Shown piece after piece: positions 8,873 through 13,565 of a stretch of DNA of 13,565 nucleotides (positions are counted from its first letter, which is position 1; every line of letters starts with the position of its first letter). Location of the stretch: NCBI GenBank assembly GCA_964411615.1, contig CAYPLO010000046.1, positions 1 through 13,565 of the forward strand, read 5' to 3'. The position numbers and the translations under genes were made by a program. A model generated the notes under the pieces. It saw only the letters and a program-made list of their open reading frames with translations, ran no database searches and was not told where the DNA came from. Source of the DNA: an uncultured Aquificales bacterium (lineage in GTDB: Bacteria; Thermosulfidibacterota; Thermosulfidibacteria; Thermosulfidibacterales; Thermosulfidibacteraceae).

Positions 8873-8884
8873 AGGAGCGTGGCA

Positions 8885-9547
8885 ATGGTGGACCTTCACA
8901 TGCATACTGTCTTCAGCGACGGTCAGCTCATACCCTTTGAGCTGGCAAGAAGGGCACAGGTCAAAGGGATACGCTACATGGCCCTGACGGACCACGGAGA
9001 CTTCTCCAACATGGAGCACATCATCCCTAAGGTGATTGAGGCAGCCCGCAGGATAAACTCCATGGACCATGGCATAAAGGTTATACCCGGGATAGAGATA
9101 ACCCACGTTCCCCCGGAGCTCATCCCCGAAGCGGTGAACACAGCCCGAAAGCTGGGGGCCATGGTAGTGGTGGTCCACGGAGAGACCATAGTGGAACCGG
9201 TGGCCCCCGGAACCAACAGGGCCGCCATAGAGGCTAAAGCCGACATACTGGCCCATCCGGGACTGATTACAGAGGAAGAGGCACGCCTTGCAGCAGAAAG
9301 GGGAGTCTTTCTGGAAGTATCGGGAAGGAAGGGGCACTCCTTCACCAACGGCCACGTTGTGAAGATGGCCAAAAGGACAGGTGCCAGACTCATCTTCAAC
9401 ACCGACACCCACGCACCATCAGACCTCATGACGGAAGGAGAGGCCCTCAAGGTGCTCATGGGAGCCGGCCTCACCCGTGAGGAGGCTGTGGAAGTTATAC
9501 GCAACGGTATAGAACTGGCCCAGAAGATACTGATGGAGGTAGAGTGA
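8885..9547 (+). CDS. PHP-domain metal-dependent phosphoesterase (histidinol-phosphate-phosphatase-domain family, PRK06361-like)
   Basis: DLHMHTVFSDG, ALTDH, GIEITHVPP, VVVHGETIVEPV, DILAHPG and NTDTHAP. ATG 8885 lies 7 nt after AGGAG. Confidence 0.88.
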   Translation: MVDLHMHTVFSDGQLIPFELARRAQVKGIRYMALTDHGDFSNMEHIIPKVIEAARRINSMDHGIKVIPGIEITHVPPELIPEAVNTARKLGAMVVVVHGETIVEPVAPGTNRAAIEAKADILAHPGLITEEEARLAAERGVFLEVSGRKGHSFTNGHVVKMAKRTGARLIFNTDTHAPSDLMTEGEALKVLMGAGLTREEAVEVIRNGIELAQKILMEVE

Positions 9548-10143
9548 TGGAGGAGAAGAAGGACCTCGCCGACCTGCTTTACGAGAGGAGAAAGGCCATT
9601 CTGGGTGCAGTGGTGGCCATAATAGTGGTCATTATAGCATACGGAATCGTGGCCCACATAAACCAGAAGAAGCGTGAAAGGGCCGCTTACCTGTTCAGCA
9701 AGGGGCTGCAGAACCTCACTCAAGGCCTTGTAAAAGAGGACCAGGATAAGCTCAAGAAGGCCCTGGAGTACTTCAAGAAGGCGAAACAGGTGAAGGCGGG
9801 CAAAGAGTCCGTAGTGGCTGAGGCCATGGAGGGAAGAACCCTCATGGCCTTAGGCAAGACAGAGGAAGGCAGAAAGCTCATAGAAGAGGCACTATCCCGC
9901 ATGAGGGGCTCGCACCTTGAGCCTGTATTTGCCGGTGCCACAGAGGACAAAGAGCTGCTCAAAAGATTCCTCCAGCAGGACAATCCCTTTCTGGAGGACT
10001 ACGCAAGATACGAGCTTGCCATGCTCTACCTGAAAGAGGGCAAAAAGGACAAAGCCATAGAGGAGCTCAAAACCATAAAAGGCAAGTTTCCCGACTCCCC
10101 CTTCGCCAGAGATGCTGAAAGGGTGCTGGAGGTCATAAGATGA
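9547..10143 (+). CDS. Membrane-anchored tetratricopeptide-repeat protein (YfgM-like)
   Basis: Short charged N-terminus, one TM helix (AILGAVVAIIVVIIAYGIVA), then TPR-like helices ending YELAMLYLKEGKKDKAIEEL...KFPDSPFA. ATG 9547 lies 7 nt after GGAGG, and GTG 9544 is an alternative start. Confidence 0.75.
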   Translation: MEEKKDLADLLYERRKAILGAVVAIIVVIIAYGIVAHINQKKRERAAYLFSKGLQNLTQGLVKEDQDKLKKALEYFKKAKQVKAGKESVVAEAMEGRTLMALGKTEEGRKLIEEALSRMRGSHLEPVFAGATEDKELLKRFLQQDNPFLEDYARYELAMLYLKEGKKDKAIEELKTIKGKFPDSPFARDAERVLEVIR

Positions 10144-11861
10144 AAGCTCTCCTTTCGGGTAATGAGGCGGTGGCAAGGGGAGCGTGGGAAGCGGGGGTGA
10201 AGTTCGCCTCATCCTATCCGGGAACCCCCGCAACGGAGATACTTGAGGCGTTAGCAAAATTTCCAGAAGTGCACGCCGAATGGGCCCCAAACGAGAAGGT
10301 GGCTTTAGAAGCAGCCATAGGGGCCAGCTTTGCAGGGGTGCGTGCCATAGCCTCCATGAAGCATGTGGGACTGAACGTGGCGGCAGACCCCTTCATGACC
10401 CTCTCTTACACAGGTGTCAATGGAGGCCTGGTTATAGCGGTTGCCGACGACCCGGGCCTCTACAGCTCCCAGAACGAGCAAGATACCAGAAACTACATAC
10501 TGGCAGCCAGAATCCTCGCCCTTGAGCCCTCCGACTCCCAGGAGGCCCTCACATTCACGAGGGAGGCCTTCAACCTGTCCGAGGAGTTTGACACCCCGGT
10601 GCTAATAAGGCTCACCACCAGAATATCCCACTCAAAGGGAGTGGCTGAGACAGGAGACAGGGAAGAGTCCCCGACAAAGGAGCCACAGGTAGAGCCGGAA
10701 AAGTGGGTCATGCTACCCGCCTTTGCCAGAAAGAGACACCGGGAGGTGTTAAAAAGAGAAGCCAAGCTGAAAAGCCTGGCCTCATCAAGCCCCCTCAACA
10801 GGATGGAGATACGGGACAGAAAAGTGGGATTCATAACATCGGGTGTATGCTATCAATATGTAAGGGAGGCCTTTCCCGAAGCCTCCGTCCTGAAGATATC
10901 CATAATAAATCCGCTACCCGAAAGGCTAATAAAAGAGTTCTGCGAAAATGTTGAGACCGTATATGTGGTTGAGGAGCTTGACCCCGTATTTGAAAGACAG
11001 ATAAAGGCCATGGGAATAGAGATAAAAGGAAAGGATGTGTTTCCCGAAGAGGGGGAATTCTCCCCCGACCTTATAAAGAGCTGTGTTGATAGCAACTATA
11101 AATCCAAACACATAAGCTTTGAGGGGATACCGGAAAGACCCCCCACCCTCTGTCCCGGCTGTCCCCACAGGGGTGTATTCGTGGCCCTCAGGAAGGCCAG
11201 GGTGAAGGTGCTGGGAGACATAGGCTGTTACACCCTTGGAGCGCTACCTCCCCTATCAACCCTCCACTCCTGCATATGCATGGGAGCAGGTGTATCAATG
11301 GTCCACGGTGCCACAACGGCGGGGATGAAGGATGTTGTCGCCGTGATAGGAGACTCCACCTTTCTCCACAGCGGCGTGGCATCCCTCATGGACATAGCCT
11401 ACAACAGGTCCAGCTCAACCGTAATCGTAATGGACAACGGCACCACAGCCATGACGGGGAAACAGCCCCACCCTGGAACAGGCCAGACCGCAAAGGGAAC
11501 TGCCACCGTCAGCATAAAACCGGAAGAGCTGGCAAAGGCCATGGGAATAGAGAGGGTAAGGGTCGTTGACCCTTACAAAGTGGACGAACTCACAGAGGTG
11601 ATAAGAGAAGAGATAAATACCCCTGAACCATCCCTGATAATAACCCGAAGGGAATGCACACTGATAGCCAAAAAGCGCGGCAAAATACACACAGTTGACC
11701 AGTCAAAGTGCATAGCATGCGGGGCCTGCCTCAAAGTGGGATGCATGGCCCTCAGCATGGACGGACACGCCAAGATAGACCCCATACTCTGCTTCGGTTG
11801 CGGCATATGCGCCACAGCGTGTCCCGTTGATGCCATCCGGGAGGTAGAGAATGAAGATTGA
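10140..11861 (+). CDS. iorA: Indolepyruvate:ferredoxin oxidoreductase alpha subunit
   Basis: GNEAVARG, YPGTP, NEKVA, MKHVGLNVAADP, SSQNEQD, CPGCPHR, GDIGCY and TPP motif GDSTFLHSG...DN. C-terminal 2x[4Fe-4S] motifs CIACGAC..GC and CFGCGICATACP. Confidence 0.96.
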   Translation: MKALLSGNEAVARGAWEAGVKFASSYPGTPATEILEALAKFPEVHAEWAPNEKVALEAAIGASFAGVRAIASMKHVGLNVAADPFMTLSYTGVNGGLVIAVADDPGLYSSQNEQDTRNYILAARILALEPSDSQEALTFTREAFNLSEEFDTPVLIRLTTRISHSKGVAETGDREESPTKEPQVEPEKWVMLPAFARKRHREVLKREAKLKSLASSSPLNRMEIRDRKVGFITSGVCYQYVREAFPEASVLKISIINPLPERLIKEFCENVETVYVVEELDPVFERQIKAMGIEIKGKDVFPEEGEFSPDLIKSCVDSNYKSKHISFEGIPERPPTLCPGCPHRGVFVALRKARVKVLGDIGCYTLGALPPLSTLHSCICMGAGVSMVHGATTAGMKDVVAVIGDSTFLHSGVASLMDIAYNRSSSTVIVMDNGTTAMTGKQPHPGTGQTAKGTATVSIKPEELAKAMGIERVRVVDPYKVDELTEVIREEINTPEPSLIITRRECTLIAKKRGKIHTVDQSKCIACGACLKVGCMALSMDGHAKIDPILCFGCGICATACPVDAIREVENED

Positions 11862-12426
11862 TGTGGTCATATGCGGGGTTGGGGGACAGGGAGTACTGCT
11901 GGCATCGGAAGTCCTCGCCAACATGGCCCTAAGCTTAGGCCTTGACGTAAAGAAGAGCGAGATACACGGCATGGCCCAAAGGGGAGGAAGCGTATTCTCC
12001 CACGTGAGAATAGGAGAAAAGGTCCACTCCCCTGTCATCCCCTTAGGAACGGCAGACTTCATGCTCGCCTTTGAAGAGCTTGAAGCCCTGAGATACGCCC
12101 CCTATCTCAAACCGGAAGCTGTGGTGCTGGTGAACAGACAGCGCATAATGCCCATGACGGTACTGAGCGGTCTAAAAGAATATCCAGAGGACACCATAAA
12201 CAGACTGAAAGAGCATTTCAAAGTCTACCAGATAGAGGCCATCAAACTGGCCCAGCAGGCAGGAAACCCCCGAACCACCAACATGGTAATGCTGGGAGCG
12301 CTGTCAAACTTTTTGCACTGGTCTCAAGAGACCTGGTTAGAAATATTGGAACAAACAATACCCAATCCTCTACTCAGTATAAACATAAAAGCATTTGAGA
12401 TAGGCAGAAGATGCGTTCATGTTTAA
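11851..12426 (+). CDS. iorB: Indolepyruvate:ferredoxin oxidoreductase beta subunit
   Basis: GVGGQG, SEIHGMAQRGGSV, FEELEALR, NMVMLGAL and NIKAFEIG. Overlaps iorA by 11 bp. Confidence 0.96.
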   Translation: MKIDVVICGVGGQGVLLASEVLANMALSLGLDVKKSEIHGMAQRGGSVFSHVRIGEKVHSPVIPLGTADFMLAFEELEALRYAPYLKPEAVVLVNRQRIMPMTVLSGLKEYPEDTINRLKEHFKVYQIEAIKLAQQAGNPRTTNMVMLGALSNFLHWSQETWLEILEQTIPNPLLSINIKAFEIGRRCVHV

Positions 12427-13565
12427 TTGTACTGACAGCTATTGGCCTGATGACCATATATTCAAAGTCATGGTCTAAAATTCTACCTTACCCTGTGTGC
12501 AGACAGAATTCAGACTGTCATTACAATGAATTCTGCTTAAAAGAGAACTGTTCGATAAGTCTCGGATTATGTACTCCAAAACCAGCAATGTGTAATCAAA
12601 CATACAATCCGGTATGTGCATGCAATGGAAGAACATATTCTAACATATGTCAGGCAAATATCAATGGACAAAACATAGCATTTTATGGAGAATGCAGTGA
12701 TAACTATACGATATGGATGAATCTACACACAGAGAACAACGAAGTAAAAGCATACTGGGGAAGCACAAATCCAGAAGATACATTCTGGATATACTATGCA
12801 GAGTTTCCTAAACCGAGGAAAATCTATAAAGCATATATTAATAAATTGCACAATTTAAGAGTCATCTTACCGTATAACTCATCTTATTATGTAGCTGTAT
12901 CACCATCAGAAAACCTGCAGCATGCAAAAGTATCAAACATAGAGTATTTCATAATAAAACCCATATGGCAACCAGAACCTGGAACAACATGGCAATGGCA
13001 ACTAACACAACCTATTGATACAAGCGTGCAGGTTGACATGATAGATGTGGACCTCTTTGACACACCAGAAGATGTCATAGAGGAACTAAAAAGACAGGGA
13101 AAAATCGTGATCTGTTACTTCAGTGCCGGTACATTTGAGAACTGGAGAGAAGACGCTATCAAATTCCCTCGAGAAGTGATAGGTAAACCTCTTAAAGACT
13201 GGCCGGGAGAATACTGGCTTGATATAAGAAGAGTTGATGTTTTAGGTCCCATAATAAAGTCCAGACTTGACCTGGCAGTGCAAAAGGGATGTGACGGGGT
13301 GGAGCCTGACAACGTAGACGCATACATGCACGACACAGGATTCCCGATAACATCCGAGCATCAACTACGCTACAATATATGGTTATCAGAAGAAGCACAT
13401 AAGAGAGGCCTTTCCATAGGGCTTAAAAACGATGGAGACCAGGCTAATATATTAGAACCTTTCTTTGATTGGGCTTTAGTAGAAGAATGTTTTCTCTACA
13501 ACGAATGTGGTAAATACGAAGTGTTCATAAATAAAGGAAAAGCAGTCTTTGAAGTGGAGTACGAA
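12411..13565 (+). CDS. Secreted multidomain protein: Cys-rich/Kazal domain + FN3-like domain + GH114 endo-alpha-1,4-polygalactosaminidase (partial, runs off the window)
   Basis: Hand translation gives 385 uninterrupted codons from ATG 12411. Signal peptide MRSCLIVLTAIGLMTIYSKSWS. Kazal signature CNQTYNPVCACNGRTYSNICQA...GEC. GH114 motifs WQPEPGTTWQWQL, DVDLFD, VICYFSAGTFENWR.D, WPGEYWLDIR, RLDLAVQKGCDGVEPDNVD, GLSIGLKND, FDWALVEEC and KAVFEVEY. Missed by the ORF track because no stop falls in the window. Confidence 0.9.
   Translation, partial: MRSCLIVLTAIGLMTIYSKSWSKILPYPVCRQNSDCHYNEFCLKENCSISLGLCTPKPAMCNQTYNPVCACNGRTYSNICQANINGQNIAFYGECSDNYTIWMNLHTENNEVKAYWGSTNPEDTFWIYYAEFPKPRKIYKAYINKLHNLRVILPYNSSYYVAVSPSENLQHAKVSNIEYFIIKPIWQPEPGTTWQWQLTQPIDTSVQVDMIDVDLFDTPEDVIEELKRQGKIVICYFSAGTFENWREDAIKFPREVIGKPLKDWPGEYWLDIRRVDVLGPIIKSRLDLAVQKGCDGVEPDNVDAYMHDTGFPITSEHQLRYNIWLSEEAHKRGLSIGLKNDGDQANILEPFFDWALVEECFLYNECGKYEVFINKGKAVFEVEYE

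Noticed and set aside
8813..9412. 200-aa N-terminal extension of TruB in the ORF track
   Set aside because: It is mostly antisense to the well-supported PHP gene. TruB homology begins at MEEITG (8812).
449..12062. Remaining short alternative-frame and antisense ORFs in the track
   Set aside because: All lie over confidently identified genes and lack recognisable motifs.
12546..12884. Four N-x-S/T sequons (N46, N62, N98, N156) in the secreted protein
   Set aside because: The segment is Asn-rich because of AT bias, none has an acidic residue at -2, and no glycosylation machinery is visible in the window.
12887..13398. Three short minus-strand ORFs in the ORF track
   Set aside because: They are antisense to the GH114 gene and carry no motifs.
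101..13565. A single c-di-GMP / PNPase / O2-detox / GH114 biofilm system across the window
   Set aside because: The genes sit in separate transcription units up to 11 kb apart, among housekeeping genes, and differ in composition. Nothing in the sequence links them.

Overview
A bacterial chromosomal window, mostly housekeeping. Heavy AGG/ATA codon use and purine-rich coding strands suggest a thermophile, and the gene content suggests an anaerobe (both inference). From left to right: (1) the 3' end of an unidentified gene; (2) a minus-strand pair of an atypical dihydroorotate-dehydrogenase-like FMN enzyme and a GGEEF diguanylate cyclase; (3) divergent comF-rsmE; (4) a minus-strand oxidative-stress pair, desulfoferrodoxin and flavodiiron protein fprA, with a candidate sigma70 promoter, a PerR/Fur-like box and an internal hairpin; (5) truB-rpsO-pnp ending in a strong terminator; (6) a divergent, tightly overlapping run of PHP hydrolase, YfgM-like TPR membrane protein, iorA and iorB. 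The main find is missing from the supplied ORF track because it runs off the window end. It is an AT-rich ORF (12411 to >13565) encoding a predicted secreted multidomain protein: signal peptide, 10-Cys module with a Kazal-type protease-inhibitor domain, FN3-like domain, and a GH114 endo-alpha-1,4-galactosaminidase domain. It appears to begin a horizontally acquired segment. I saw no RNA genes, CRISPR arrays or transposases.
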